A stretch of DNA of 64,000 nucleotides from an uncultured delta proteobacterium (GTDB lineage Bacteria; Myxococcota_A; Polyangia; Polyangiales; Polyangiaceae). Positions within the stretch are counted from its first letter, which is position 1, and the number at the start of each line of letters is the position of its first letter. Of this stretch, positions 40,595-51,651 are shown piece after piece. A program made the position numbers and the translations under genes. Location: NCBI GenBank assembly GCA_963850305.1, contig CAWKKR010000008.1, positions 256,001 to 320,000 on the forward strand, written 5' to 3'. The notes beneath the pieces are model-generated. The model searched no databases and had not been told where the DNA came from. It was given only the letters and a program-made list of their open reading frames with translations.

Positions 40595-42808
40595 TCAGCG
40601 GCGGCGGATTGCGCGGGCGCGGCGGGTTCCCTCGAGCAGGTCGTCGATGGCCCGCGTGAGCCGCGCGATCTCGATCGGCTTCTGAACGAAAGCCGTATTG
40701 GGTTCCTGGAGCAGATCCGCGACGCCGGTGTCGTCCTCGCTGCTTCCCGAGAGAAGCACGATACCCACGCCAGGAAGGAACGAGCGAACGCGACGCGCGA
40801 CGTCGGCTCCGCTGAAATCCGGCAAACCGACGTCGGTGACGATGACGTCGATTGCGTCACGCTGGTCGCGACATGTTCCAATGGCGGCGCCCCCGTTCGC
40901 GACGGCGATGACATCGTAACCAAGCTCTTCGAGAAGCTCACTGCCGGCCAGGCGTGCCGCGGCCTGATCTTCGACGAGGAGGAGCCGCGGCCTCGGGAGC
41001 CGGAACGGGGCGTCGACCCCGCCGATCCGCGCAAGGCGGGGAGGCTGCAGGGCGCGTTCCGCGAGCGCCAGACGGACCCGGGAAATCAGAGCGCCCTCGG
41101 TAAACGGCTTCTGCAGGGTGGGCGTTCCGTCGGAAATGCGCCCCTCTTCCACGAGCGCCTCGTTCGGACGGGCGGACATGAAGACGACGCGGACCGATGG
41201 ACGTGCGGCGCGAACGACCGCGGCGATCTCCGGACCGCCTCGGCCGGGAAGCACCATGTCGGTCAGGAGCACGTCGATGGGACCTGCATAATCTCCGAGG
41301 AGCCGCTTGACCTCACGCTCGTTGGCCGCTTCGAGGACCCGGTATCCGTGACGCCCGAGGTAGTGCGAGACGGACAAGCGGATCAGCGGTTCGTCCTCGA
41401 TGACAAGGACCGTCTCGCCTCCTGCTTGAACGCCGAGTGGCGCGTCCGGCGCCACCGAAGGCCTCGCCGGGGAGTCGGCCGACTGAGGCAAGTGGACGGT
41501 AAATCGCGACCCTTGTCCGATGGCCGTCTCGACATCGATGTATCCCTCGTGTTCCTCGACGGTCGCGTAGACGGACGCCAAGCCGAGTCCGGACCCGTTC
41601 GAACCCCGCCTGGTGGTGAAGAAAGGTTCGAAGATACGCTTCCGGGTTGACTCATCCATACCGGCACCAGTGTCGGTCACCTCGAGCACGACATAGCGAC
41701 CGGCCGCGATGCCGCGACGGAGCAGGTCGTCCTCGAACACGACCGCCTCCCGGGTGGCGATCGTGAGACGACCTCCCCGTGCCATCGCGTGACGGGCGTT
41801 CACGGAGAGGTTCATCACGAGCTGTTCGATTTCCCCGGGCTGGCAGGAGATGGCGGCGTTTGCGGCGGTCAGGGAAGCGCAAAGCTCGATGTCCTCACCG
41901 AGCAGGTGGCGGAGCATGGTGTCCATTCGCGCCACGAGCGAGTTCAGGTCGATGACCTTGCGCTCGGTGTCTTGCCTTCTAGCGAACGCCATCAACCGGT
42001 TTATGACGGCCGCGCCGCCCATCGCCGTCGCCTTCATCTGCTCCACGTAGCCGTGTGCTCGACCGTGAGGCGGTAAGCGGTGCAATGCCAGATCTGCGCA
42101 GCCAATGATGCCCATCAACACATTGTTGAAATCATGCGCGACGCTGCTCGTGAGCGTGCCGACCGCCTCCAGTCTGCGGGCCTGGTGGGTCGCTTCTTCG
42201 TCCCGCGATCGCTCGGTGACGTCCTGTCCTCTGGCGATCACGCCGGCGACCGCGCCGAGCTCATCTTCGAATGCGGTAAAGCACCATTCGATCTCGCGTG
42301 CGATCCCGCCCTCGGCGGGCAAGGGGGTGGAGCGCGCGAGAACGCTGGAGTGAGAACTCATGGCACGATCGAAAGCTTCCAGTAACGGCGCCGACGTTCC
42401 TTCTGCGGTGATCACCGAGCAAAAGTTCCGCCCGATGACTTCTTCGAGCGCAAGGTCCACGACATCGGCGAGCCTCGAGTTGGCGCGAAGAATCTGGCCG
42501 TGGCAGTCAAGCACGAGAAGGATCCCCGGGCTGCACTCGACGAGACGCTCCACGAGTCCGCGATCGCGGCGGATAACGAGAGCGTAGAGCTCACGGTAAC
42601 GATCTCGCGCGATCTCCATCTCTTCGTAAGCGCGCCGCAACTCCTGGGCCTGTCTTCCGAGCTCGATCTCGCGGGCGCGAAGTTCGTGCAGGGATTGCTG
42701 AACACCTTCCGCAGAAGGCTCGGCGGGAACGATGCCGCTGGCAGCCTCCACTCTCTCCCGGAACCCGCTCGCGCTCGTCACGCGGCCGGCTTTGGCGGGT
42801 CGAGTCAT
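40595..42808 (-). CDS. Cytoplasmic hybrid histidine kinase (coiled coil-PAS-HisKA-HATPase-REC-REC)
   Basis: VAHDFNN, MNLSVNA, DTGAGM, FEPFFTT, GLGLA; two receivers (LLTDMV, IVTDVG). Confidence 0.93.
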   Translation of the reverse strand: MTRPAKAGRVTSASGFRERVEAASGIVPAEPSAEGVQQSLHELRAREIELGRQAQELRRAYEEMEIARDRYRELYALVIRRDRGLVERLVECSPGILLVLDCHGQILRANSRLADVVDLALEEVIGRNFCSVITAEGTSAPLLEAFDRAMSSHSSVLARSTPLPAEGGIAREIEWCFTAFEDELGAVAGVIARGQDVTERSRDEEATHQARRLEAVGTLTSSVAHDFNNVLMGIIGCADLALHRLPPHGRAHGYVEQMKATAMGGAAVINRLMAFARRQDTERKVIDLNSLVARMDTMLRHLLGEDIELCASLTAANAAISCQPGEIEQLVMNLSVNARHAMARGGRLTIATREAVVFEDDLLRRGIAAGRYVVLEVTDTGAGMDESTRKRIFEPFFTTRRGSNGSGLGLASVYATVEEHEGYIDVETAIGQGSRFTVHLPQSADSPARPSVAPDAPLGVQAGGETVLVIEDEPLIRLSVSHYLGRHGYRVLEAANEREVKRLLGDYAGPIDVLLTDMVLPGRGGPEIAAVVRAARPSVRVVFMSARPNEALVEEGRISDGTPTLQKPFTEGALISRVRLALAERALQPPRLARIGGVDAPFRLPRPRLLLVEDQAAARLAGSELLEELGYDVIAVANGGAAIGTCRDQRDAIDVIVTDVGLPDFSGADVARRVRSFLPGVGIVLLSGSSEDDTGVADLLQEPNTAFVQKPIEIARLTRAIDDLLEGTRRARAIRRR

Positions 42809-43348
42809 GAGTGTCCTCGCACGTCGCGTTGCGCGCCGCGTCGCGCATTCCGAGCACGACTCCCATCCTTGTTCGGCACGCTCGTCCCCTTCCTCATCTC
42901 GCGAGGCCTCCAAGGTGGTGAAGGCATTGCTCGGCGTCGAAGCCTGATGATAGGCGATTCAGACGTATGCACACCGGAAAAATTCAGGCCCGCGGGACGC
43001 GCAGTCGCGTGACTCCGGTGTTTGTGGCAAAGTGCCTCAATCGAAAAGGACGGATCGCATGACCACCGAGATGGTCATGGTAGATCTTCGAAGGTCCACC
43101 ACCGTCAGGACAGTGCGCGAAGGCGCCGTGCCTCTTTGCTTGGCGACACTCGTGATCGAATGATCGCACCCGCGAGAAAACGCATGAGGTAGACGCAATT
43201 CTTGCGTCTCGACGCACGATTCATGCTCGCCGTGATCGAAAGACGTTTCCGAATTGACCTGGCGTCACCAGATTCTATCGGGGTGTCGTGGAGCGTCTCG
43301 TGATCGGCGCCAACGGTGTCCGGCATAACCACTGGAGACTAGCGCATC

Positions 43349-43732
43349 GTGGATGAGCCTCCGAACGAGAGAGACGGGGCCCAGGTCGGCGTACTGATCG
43401 TGGACGACGACGCGGACTCGCGCGAAGCCCTTTCGGAGCTGCTCTGCCTCGGCGGCTGGGACGTGATGACGGCGGATACCGGGGAAGAGGCGATGCGGCT
43501 TGCGCGCTCACGACATCCTCGACTCGTGCTCCTCGACGTGACACTTCCGGGGATGTCCGGCATCGAAGTCGCTTTCGCGCTCCGAGCGCAAGAAGACACC
43601 CGCGCAACCGGACTCATCGCGCTCACCGGTCGGCCCCTTCGCAAACACGAGCGAAGCCCGTTCGACGCCGTTCTGACGAAGCCGACCGCCCTCGATCATC
43701 TGCTTTCGACGATGAAGCGCCTCGTCGGGTGA
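43349..43732 (+). CDS. Single-domain response regulator
   Basis: LIVDDD, LLDVTLPGMSG, ALTG, LTKP; divergent from the hybrid kinase. Confidence 0.9.
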   Translation: MDEPPNERDGAQVGVLIVDDDADSREALSELLCLGGWDVMTADTGEEAMRLARSRHPRLVLLDVTLPGMSGIEVAFALRAQEDTRATGLIALTGRPLRKHERSPFDAVLTKPTALDHLLSTMKRLVG

Positions 43733-43819
43733 GGTGTCAAAGCGTGGGGGCTCCAGCGCCCCGTGACGCCCAGGGGCTCGCCGCAGCGCTGAACCCGTTC
43801 GCGCTCAACTACTTGGCGG

Positions 43820-43891
43820 AGGTGAGGACGGGATTCGAACCCGCGTATAACGGTTTTGCAAACCGTTGCCTAACCACTTGGCTACCTCACC
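43820..43891 (-). tRNA. tRNA-Cys (GCA)
   Basis: Acceptor GGTGAGG/CCTCACC, anticodon arm ACGGT-TTGCAAA-ACCGT, T-loop TTCGAAT, discriminator U. CCA is not directly encoded. Confidence 0.96.
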
Positions 43892-44059
43892 ATAGGTCGT
43901 AAGCGTCTGGAACTCTTTCGTAAGTCGTCAGTCTTCGCACGCGCGCTCCGGGGGCGTCAAGCGCAGGCGATTCAGTAGCAGACTCGCGAGCAGCGGGGTA
44001 GCGGCGCGAACGCGCCCGGCCGGCTCGGCAAGGCCGAGGGAGACCGCTAATGTACGGTC

Positions 44060-44521
44060 ATGCGGATCGCGCTCGGCTCGGACGAGAACACGACGCTGGT
44101 GGGAGACATTGCCCGCTTCCTGGAGGAGCGCGGGCACGACGTGGATCGGTTCGGCGCGGCGGCAGGGACGACGGAAGCATGGGCGCGAACGGCTCTGCAT
44201 GTGGCGGAATCCGTGGCCCGCGGCGATCACGCTTTCGGGGTCGTTTGCTGCTGGACGGGCACGGGGGTGTCGATCGCGGCGAACAAGGTCGCGGGCGTGC
44301 GCGCCGCGCTCTGCGCCGATGCGGAGACCGCGCGGGGCGCCCGCAAATGGAACGATGCCAACGTCCTCGCGCTGAGTCTCCGCGCCACGGCGCCCGAGAT
44401 CGCTCGCGAGATCCTCGCCGCGTGGCTCTCGGAGCCCTACGGCGAGACGGAAGACGCGAGCCTGGACGCGATCCGCGACGCTCAGTCGTCCGCGGTACCG
44501 TCCAGATCCTCTGCCAGATAA
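44060..44521 (+). CDS. RpiB/LacA/LacB-family sugar-phosphate isomerase
   Basis: IALGSD, CWTGTGVSIAANKVAGVRAAL, WNDANVL. Confidence 0.9.
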   Translation: MRIALGSDENTTLVGDIARFLEERGHDVDRFGAAAGTTEAWARTALHVAESVARGDHAFGVVCCWTGTGVSIAANKVAGVRAALCADAETARGARKWNDANVLALSLRATAPEIAREILAAWLSEPYGETEDASLDAIRDAQSSAVPSRSSAR

Positions 44522-45267
44522 GAGAGGATCACTTCGTCGAGCGATTGCTCGCTGATCGACGAACTGCCGAAGATGGAGCCTTGGTCCGGCGTTGCGGTGA
44601 AGATCGCGGCGGGTCTCGACGGAGCGTAACGACCGGCGCCGGGCACGCGCGACGGTACCGTCGGCGTACCGAGAACGGGCGTGCCTCCCTTCGGAACGGG
44701 CTTCGGCGATTCGATCGTCACTCCTCGACGCGAACGCGCGGACTCGAGATCGGCGAGCATCAGGTCGGTGAGCGTGGGCGCAGGCTTACGCGGCAAGGGC
44801 TCGGCCACGCGCGACGGTTTCTCGACCTGCACGGGCTCCGGCGGGATCGTCGGCACACCAGCCGCGATCTCGGTCGAGATCTCGGGCAGCGTGGGTGCGG
44901 GCTTCGAACGGCGCTTGGACGGCAGCGGCGGCGGCTTGGACGGGCGCGCTTCCTTGGCCCCGTCCTCGGCAGGAGTTCCGAGAACCTCGAGGATCGAATC
45001 GTTCAGCTGACCGTCGCGCAACGCGATGAACATCGCCTTGTGCTGTTCCTTCATCATGCGCCGGACGACGGTCGTCATGTCGGGTCGGCCAATATGCTCC
45101 GAGTAATCCGTGCGCGTGCTCTTGATGATCCGGCCGCCGTCGACGAAGAGGTGCGTGACGATGTGCGGGCGCTTGATCCCCGAGTCCTCCGTCTGGACAT
45201 GGAATACCCGACCCTGGTGCTTCACGTTGTTATTGAAGCCGACGAGGGGGGACGGAGCCTTCACCAC
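44482..45267 (-). CDS. Hypothetical myxobacterial-type protein with Pro-rich linker
   Basis: Globular N-terminus GFNNNVKH..RVFHVQTEDSG, Pro-rich middle, acidic helix SLDEVILSYL. Confidence 0.75.
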   Translation of the reverse strand: MVKAPSPLVGFNNNVKHQGRVFHVQTEDSGIKRPHIVTHLFVDGGRIIKSTRTDYSEHIGRPDMTTVVRRMMKEQHKAMFIALRDGQLNDSILEVLGTPAEDGAKEARPSKPPPLPSKRRSKPAPTLPEISTEIAAGVPTIPPEPVQVEKPSRVAEPLPRKPAPTLTDLMLADLESARSRRGVTIESPKPVPKGGTPVLGTPTVPSRVPGAGRYAPSRPAAIFTATPDQGSIFGSSSISEQSLDEVILSYLAEDLDGTADD

Positions 45268-45330
45268 GGTCGATCTCGAGCGAGGACCGTAAGGTTACCA
45301 CGACCGACGGTGGCGGCGTGATTTTCGAGC

Positions 45331-47271
45331 CTAGCGGCCTGCTTCGTCCATGCGGCGCATCCCCTCGAGCAGCAAGGCCTCGGGACTCGCGTGGACGACT
45401 TGCTGAGGCGCCCGGAAAGACGGGTCGAGATTGAAGTCCCCGCTGGTGAGCGCGAGCATCGCGTAGAAGGCGTCTTCACCGCGCAGATTCCCCCACATCG
45501 CGTTGTAGATGGCGCCGTCCACGAAATGAATCTCGCCCTGCTCGGCGCCCGACCGGATCTTGAGCGACCCCGATTTCCGTCCGTGCCAGAGCACTTGCAC
45601 GATGTCGGGGAGCCCCATCTCCACCAGCGATCCGCCCACGCCCCGCGGCGCTCTACTGCGCTCTTCGCGCTCCATGATTTGCTTCAGCTTCGCGACGAGC
45701 AAGTCGGTCCCGACGGGCTTCCCCATGAAGTCGGCTGCTCCGAGCTCGAATGCGCGCTTCGCGTCGGCACTGGAAGCTTTCGCGGCGACGAAGACCCAGG
45801 GAAGCCCCTTGCCCCACTCGTGCTTGCGCGCCTCGGCGAGGAGCGCGAATCCGTCCTGTGGCTTGAGCTCGAGCTCGCTGACGACGACCTCGATGTCGCC
45901 GGTCTCGAGAAACTTCATCGCCTGATCGGCGGTGCGCGCGATGCGGACCTCGAAGCCTTGCTCGATCATGCGGAGCTCGAGCACCGTCGTCTCCTCGGGA
46001 TCCGGCTCGACGAGCAGCGCCAGGTTGCGGTTCGCCAGCAGACGCGCCTTGAGGTCGTCCCCGGTGACCGAGTGCTTGAACAGGTCGACGAGGTTCGGAT
46101 CGAAGATCGACCCCTTGAAACGCGCGAGTACCTCGCAGGCTTGAACGGGACGCAGCGTCTTCCTGTACGGGTTCTTCGGATTCTGCGCCAGGTCCGCATA
46201 GGTGTCCGCAATCGCCAGGAGCCGCGCGCCGAGCGGGATTTCCTTGCCGGCAACCCCGGCTGGGAATCCCTTGCCGTCGTAGCGCTCGTACATGGCTTCG
46301 AGCGCCTGCGTAGCTTCGCGCGGCAGAGCTACCGACTCCATGAGCCGCAGCGGCGCCTTGTAGGCCTTCTGCGCCGCGGCCCTGTGCCCCTCGTACTCCG
46401 AGACGTTCAGGGCCGTCAGGTGATACGCGCTCATCTTCCCGAGGTCGTGCACGTACCCGGCGATCTGGTACGCGGCGATCTCCACGGATGAAACGCCGAT
46501 GCGCTCGGCTATTCGCTTCACGAGCCGCGCCGTGTGACTCGAGTGGCCCCGCAGATCGGCGCGCCCGTTCTCGAGCAGGCTCACGAGGACGTTGAGCGTT
46601 TCGAGATACGCTTCGCTCGCCATCCCCTTCGCGCCCATGCCCGCGGTCGAACCGCCCGCCTCGAGTTCGCGGCCCGATAGCACGCGCTCCCGTCCGTCGC
46701 CTCCGGCGAGCGCGACGGCCATGGTTTCTTCGCTCAACACGTTGCGCTCGTAGACGTCGAGCATCGAACTGAACTGTTCGTGCGCCGCCCGGTCGAGCAC
46801 GGCGAAGGCGTGAATGTCGCCGTTGTAGTGCTTGTTGATCGCCGCCTTCACGGAGTTCGGCCGAGCGACGAACGTGTTCACCTTCTTCGCCTTCGCCGCG
46901 ACCTGTATCTCCTGCTGCGCGACTAGATCCGCGGGGTCAGCCGTGACGACGCTGATCGACTCCGTCTTGGCGTCCCAGAGCACGGGGCACACGCCGTGAC
47001 GCTCGGCCAGCTTCTTCGGCAGGCGCTCGAGCGTCGTGCGGTCGATGTCCGCCTTCGACAGCTTCTCGGTCGAGACGAAGCGAGTCCGGTACACGCCGGC
47101 GATGAACTTGAGGATGGTCGCTTCGTCGGTCGCCTGGATCTCGAGGAGCGCCTCTTCGAACCGGCCACCCATTCTCTGCTGGAAGTTGAGCGCCGCCTCG
47201 CGCTGCTCTGCGGTGAGCACGCCCTTTTCGACCATCTGGTCCAGGATGCGAACATTCCCCGTCGGATGCAT
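45331..47271 (-). CDS. MshEN/GSPII_N - HD-GYP - pseudo-receiver - DUF4388 signalling protein
   Basis: GSPII_N-like N-terminus; HSSHTA, HDLGK, ERYDGKGFP, LAIADTY; receiver with SELEL; C-terminal GSLVEMGLPDIVQ...GEIHFVDG. Confidence 0.85.
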   Translation of the reverse strand: MHPTGNVRILDQMVEKGVLTAEQREAALNFQQRMGGRFEEALLEIQATDEATILKFIAGVYRTRFVSTEKLSKADIDRTTLERLPKKLAERHGVCPVLWDAKTESISVVTADPADLVAQQEIQVAAKAKKVNTFVARPNSVKAAINKHYNGDIHAFAVLDRAAHEQFSSMLDVYERNVLSEETMAVALAGGDGRERVLSGRELEAGGSTAGMGAKGMASEAYLETLNVLVSLLENGRADLRGHSSHTARLVKRIAERIGVSSVEIAAYQIAGYVHDLGKMSAYHLTALNVSEYEGHRAAAQKAYKAPLRLMESVALPREATQALEAMYERYDGKGFPAGVAGKEIPLGARLLAIADTYADLAQNPKNPYRKTLRPVQACEVLARFKGSIFDPNLVDLFKHSVTGDDLKARLLANRNLALLVEPDPEETTVLELRMIEQGFEVRIARTADQAMKFLETGDIEVVVSELELKPQDGFALLAEARKHEWGKGLPWVFVAAKASSADAKRAFELGAADFMGKPVGTDLLVAKLKQIMEREERSRAPRGVGGSLVEMGLPDIVQVLWHGRKSGSLKIRSGAEQGEIHFVDGAIYNAMWGNLRGEDAFYAMLALTSGDFNLDPSFRAPQQVVHASPEALLLEGMRRMDEAGR

Positions 47272-47445
47272 GAAGACAGTTTGCCAGTATAGCCGAGTAG
47301 TTTCCGGTGCCTCGCCTTTGCTGCAGCGTAGCACTGCACGCATGAGCGGGGCTCCGTTCTCCGCGGGAACTTTGCGGGAACTTTCAGGCTCGCGCCCTCC
47401 CCGGGAAACGCCCGGGAAGGGCGGTACTTGCCGCTCGCCGCGTGC

Positions 47446-47474
47446 TTGACGGCGCTGCCCGAGGCAGCTACTAG
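47446..47474 (+). promoter_or_regulatory. Putative sigma-70 promoter of rplM-rpsI
   Basis: TTGACG-17 nt-TACTAG, 40 bp before the rplM ATG. Confidence 0.5.
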
Positions 47475-47513
47475 ATGCCCCCCCAAGCGACGCCTGTCGC
47501 CCGAAAAAAACCG

Positions 47514-47948
47514 ATGCGCACGTACACAGCCAAGCCCGCCGAAGCCCAAGCAGCCCGCACGTGGTGGGTTGTCGACGCGAAGGGTCAGCCGCTCGGACGA
47601 CTCGCGAGCAAGGTGGCGAACGTCCTTCGCGGCAAGACGAAACCGACGTTCACACCTCACGTCGACACTGGCGACTTCGTCGTCGTGATCAACGCCGCCG
47701 AAGTGAAGGTGACGGGGGCGAAGGCTGAAGCCAAGAAGTATCACCGCCACACCGGGCGTCCCGGCAGCCTCCGTTCGGAGACCTTCCGCGACGTGATCGT
47801 ACGGCGCCCCGAGGTGCCGATCGAGATGGCCGTCCGGGGGATGCTGCCGAAGAACTCGCTCGGCCGGAGTCTGCTTCGCAAACTGAAAATCTATCCAACG
47901 GCCGAGCATCCGCACGCCGCTCAGAAGCCCGCGCCGCTCGCGCTCTAG
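47514..47948 (+). CDS. rplM: 50S ribosomal protein L13
   Basis: [42 protein letters not shown]. Confidence 0.98.
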   Translation: MRTYTAKPAEAQAARTWWVVDAKGQPLGRLASKVANVLRGKTKPTFTPHVDTGDFVVVINAAEVKVTGAKAEAKKYHRHTGRPGSLRSETFRDVIVRRPEVPIEMAVRGMLPKNSLGRSLLRKLKIYPTAEHPHAAQKPAPLAL

Positions 47949-47962
47949 AAGGCATCAGGAAA

Positions 47963-48358
47963 ATGGCCGAAACGACCTCGATTTACGCGACCGGCAAGCG
48001 CAAAACCGCCGTTGCCCGCGTCTGGCTCAGCACCGGTTCCGGCACGATTCACGTGAACGGCAAGCCTGCTGACGAATATTTCGAGCGCCTCACGTCGCGG
48101 ATGGTCGCGCGGCAATCGCTGGAACTCCTGGAGTTCGCCGACAAGTACGACATCCGCGCGACCGTCGCGGGCGGCGGACACAGCGCCCAGGCAGAAGCGG
48201 TGCGCCACGGCATCGCTCGCGCGCTCATCGCGGAAGACCCGGAGCGGCGCCGCGCGCTCAAACGCGCAGGCTATCTGACGCGCGACGCGCGAAAGAAAGA
48301 ACGCAAGAAGTACGGCCAGCCCGGCGCTCGCAAGCGCTTCCAGTACTCGAAGCGCTGA
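47963..48358 (+). CDS. rpsI: 30S ribosomal protein S9
   Basis: [38 protein letters not shown]. Confidence 0.98.
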   Translation: MAETTSIYATGKRKTAVARVWLSTGSGTIHVNGKPADEYFERLTSRMVARQSLELLEFADKYDIRATVAGGGHSAQAEAVRHGIARALIAEDPERRRALKRAGYLTRDARKKERKKYGQPGARKRFQYSKR

Positions 48359-48448
48359 AAACTCGACGGACCAACGAGCACCGCCCGCAAACGACCGTCG
48401 GTGTCGCTTGAAAGCTGCGGCGGCATGGGGAACGATGCGACGCTGGAC

Positions 48449-50555
48449 ATGGCCTCTCCATTCAAGCTGCGCTCGGATTTCGTCCCGAAGGGCGATCAAC
48501 CCCGGGCGATAGAGGCGCTCTGCAAAGGGCTCGACGAGGGCGTCGCCGGGCAGACGCTGCTCGGCATAACAGGTAGCGGAAAAACTTTCACCGTCGCCAA
48601 CGTCATCCAGCACTGGGGCCGACCGGCGCTGATCATCGCGCCGAACAAGACGCTCGCCGCGCAGCTCTACGGCGAGATGCGGGACCTGTTTCCCGGCAAT
48701 GCCGTCCACTACTTCGTCAGCTACTACGATTACTACCAACCCGAAGCGTACATCCCGAGCACCGACACCTTCATCGAGAAGGACGCGATCATCAACGACC
48801 AGATTGATCGCATGCGCCACGCCGCGACGCACGGACTCCTGTCGCGACCGGACGTCATCATCGTCGCGAGCGTGAGCTGCATCTACGGCATCGGTTCCGC
48901 GGAGAGTTACCACGGCCTCCTCATCGACATCGTCAAGGGAGAAGAGCTACGTCGTGACGAGCTCCTGCGACGCTTGGTCGACATTCAATACGAGCGCAAC
49001 GACATCGATTTTCACCGCGGGACGTTCCGCGTGCGCGGTGACGTAGTCGAGATCTTCCCCGCCTACGAAGAGGCCACGGCAATCCGCGATCGAGTTCTTC
49101 GGCGACGAGGTCGACGCCATCCGGGAAGTCGACCCGATCCGCGGCCGCGTGCTCGGCTCGCTCGACCGTTACGCCGTCTATCCGGGCTCCCACTACGTCA
49201 CGCCGCGACAGCAACTGAATCGCGCCATCGGCGGCATCCGGGAGGAGCTCAAGGAGCGGCTCGGCCTTCTTCGACCGCGAAGGGCGGTTTCTCGAGAAGC
49301 AACGGATCGAGCAGCGCACGATGTACGACCTGGAAATGCTCGAGCAGATGGGGTTCGTGCAAGGGATCGAGAACTACTCGCGTCACCTTTCCGCGCGCAA
49401 ACCCGGGGACCCACCGCCGACGCTCATCGACTATTTCCCGAAAGACTTCTTGCTCGTCATCGACGAGTCGCACCAAACGGTCTCGCAGATCGGCGCGATG
49501 TACCGGGGCGATCGCTCGCGCAAGGAGACGCTCGTCGACTTCGGATTCCGGCTTGCCGAGCGCGCTCGACAATCGTCCGCTGAAGTTCGACGAGTTCGAG
49601 CAGCACATGGCGCGAACGGTGTTCGTCTCCGCAACGCCCGCCGAATACGAACTGTCGCACTCGGGCGATCACATCGTCGAACAGCTCATTCGCCCCACCG
49701 GGCTGACGGATCCGGAGATCGAGGTCCGTCCCGTCGACGGCCAGGTCGACGACCTCCTCAGGATGATCCGCGAACGCGTCGCGCTCGGCGAACGCGTTCT
49801 CGTGACGACGCTCACCAAGCGGATGGCCGAAGATCTGACGGAGTACTACGCCGAGCTCGGAGTGCGGGTCCGGTACCTGCACTCGGACGTCGAGACGCTC
49901 GACCGTATCGAGCTCCTGCGCGCGCTCCGCGCCGGGCGATTACGACGTCCTCGTCGGCATCAACTTGCTCCGCGAGGGTCTCGACCTGCCGGAGGTGAGC
50001 CTGGTAGCGATCCTCGACGCGGACAAGGAGGGCTTTTTGCGCAGCGCTCGCTCGCTCATCCAGACCATCGGTCGCGCCGCCCGCAACTCGCGCGGCCGCG
50101 TCATCATGTATGGGGACCGCATGACGGACGCGATGAAGAGCGCGATCGGAGAGACCGACCGCCGCCGCGCGATCCAGCAAGCCTATAACCTCGAGCACGG
50201 CATCACGCCGGAGACGATCAAGCGCGCGATCCTCGACATCAATCCGACGAGCGGTCAGACCGACTACTACGCCGTACCGCGCGGGACGCCGTCGCAGGCT
50301 GGAACCACGAAGGCCGGCGAACCCGCGCGTGAGGAAGAGTTGTTCGAGCGGATCGAAGCTCTCCGACAGGAAATGTTCGCGGCCGCCGAGGGTCTGGATT
50401 TCGAGCGTGCCGCTCGCTTGCGCGACGACCTGAGGCGGCTTCAGGGGGGCGCGGGAAACGGCGCGAGCGGCGCGCAACCGAGCGCTAGGCCGTCGGAACG
50501 ACCGTCCGCGAAACCGAAAGCGCGAAGACCCAGCGGACGTCCCTCACGAAGGTGA
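48449..50555 (+). CDS. uvrB: Excinuclease ABC subunit B; four apparent +1 frameshifts (~49088, ~49266, ~49552, ~49934)
   Basis: [41 protein letters not shown]-terminal UVR motif. One-base removals restore a continuous protein. Confidence 0.95.
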
Positions 50556-50692
50556 GAGCGCGCCGGAACGTCGTAAGCCGGCGGGTCCGGTCGTGATGGC
50601 CGAAGATGTGTCCGGGGTTTCGGCAGCATGTCGCGTGGGCTCGCCGATTCGGTGCTCTTGCATCGCGACCGGCGCTGTCGGATGAGAGGCCC

Positions 50693-51499
50693 ATGACGTC
50701 GGAGGCGGAAGAGAAGGCAAGCGAGACCGGCGCAGACGAGGATGCGGCGACGTCCTTCCGAGGGACCCGCGAAGCTCCGCGACGGAGCGGCATCCCCCCG
50801 GCGCGTGAGCCATCGGGACAGAACATGATCGCCGAAGCCGGTGACGAGCACGGCGAGCTTGCTCTCGCCGAAAGCGCCAGGATCGATTCCAATCTCGGCG
50901 CGTTGCTCCGCGGACTGAAGCATCTGGGTGCCTGCGTCAACGCGGCGCGCGCCGCCAACGACTTCCTTTCGCGAGAGCTGGAAACCCTTCGAAGTCTGCT
51001 AGCACGCAGCACGGCAGAGGAGTTTGCGCTGCGGAAGCGAGTACGGTTCCTGGAACGTGCCATGGACGCGGTGCGCCGCGACGCTTCGCAGGAGCGCCGG
51101 TTCTTCATCGAGCAAGAGGACGCGTTCCTCGCGGAGCTCATGGACGACCACGAGCGAGAGCTCGCCGACCTCAAGCGGCGTCTCACGCACGTCCTGTCGA
51201 AGCGCGATTCGGTTCCCGAGAGTTCCGGGGACAGGACGACGACCGAGCTACCCGCGCTCGACAACCTCGCTTCCGCGATAGGCGCGTTGAAACTGCGCAC
51301 GGTCCGCATTCCCCTGCCGTCCCGTCCAGAGGAGGGCGCAGAGGCGCTCGCCCCACCACGACCCTCGTCGCGACCGCCGCTCAGACGGAAACCGGACGCT
51401 TCGACACGTCCCCTCGTGGGATATTCACTGGGCGAGGGAGACGTCGCGGAAGAGCACGTCGAATCGACGCGCACGCCCACGCGCCCGCCGAATCCATAA
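50693..51499 (+). CDS. Hypothetical coiled-coil protein
   Basis: Heptad-rich E/R/L core with Pro-rich ends. Confidence 0.65.
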   Translation: MTSEAEEKASETGADEDAATSFRGTREAPRRSGIPPAREPSGQNMIAEAGDEHGELALAESARIDSNLGALLRGLKHLGACVNAARAANDFLSRELETLRSLLARSTAEEFALRKRVRFLERAMDAVRRDASQERRFFIEQEDAFLAELMDDHERELADLKRRLTHVLSKRDSVPESSGDRTTTELPALDNLASAIGALKLRTVRIPLPSRPEEGAEALAPPRPSSRPPLRRKPDASTRPLVGYSLGEGDVAEEHVESTRTPTRPPNP

Positions 51500-51651
51500 C
51501 CTTCGAGCGCGCACGGGCACCCCGTTTCTGGCCTTTTTTTCCCGCCATTTCGACTCGTGAAAAATCGCCGACGCAGGGTGCGGGTCGCCGGGTAAGCTCG
51601 ACGCGTGAACGCGCTTGGTCTCCGCGACGACGCCGCGTGTCGAGGCATCGG

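Noticed and set aside
43813..43891. Prophage or integrative element at tRNA-Cys
   Set aside because: No integrase, and I found no direct repeat of the tRNA 3' end in the window. The missing encoded CCA is common.
48449..50555. uvrB as a pseudogene or programmed frameshift
   Set aside because: Four independent +1 insertions with no slippery sites and intact motifs; the same pattern occurs across the window.
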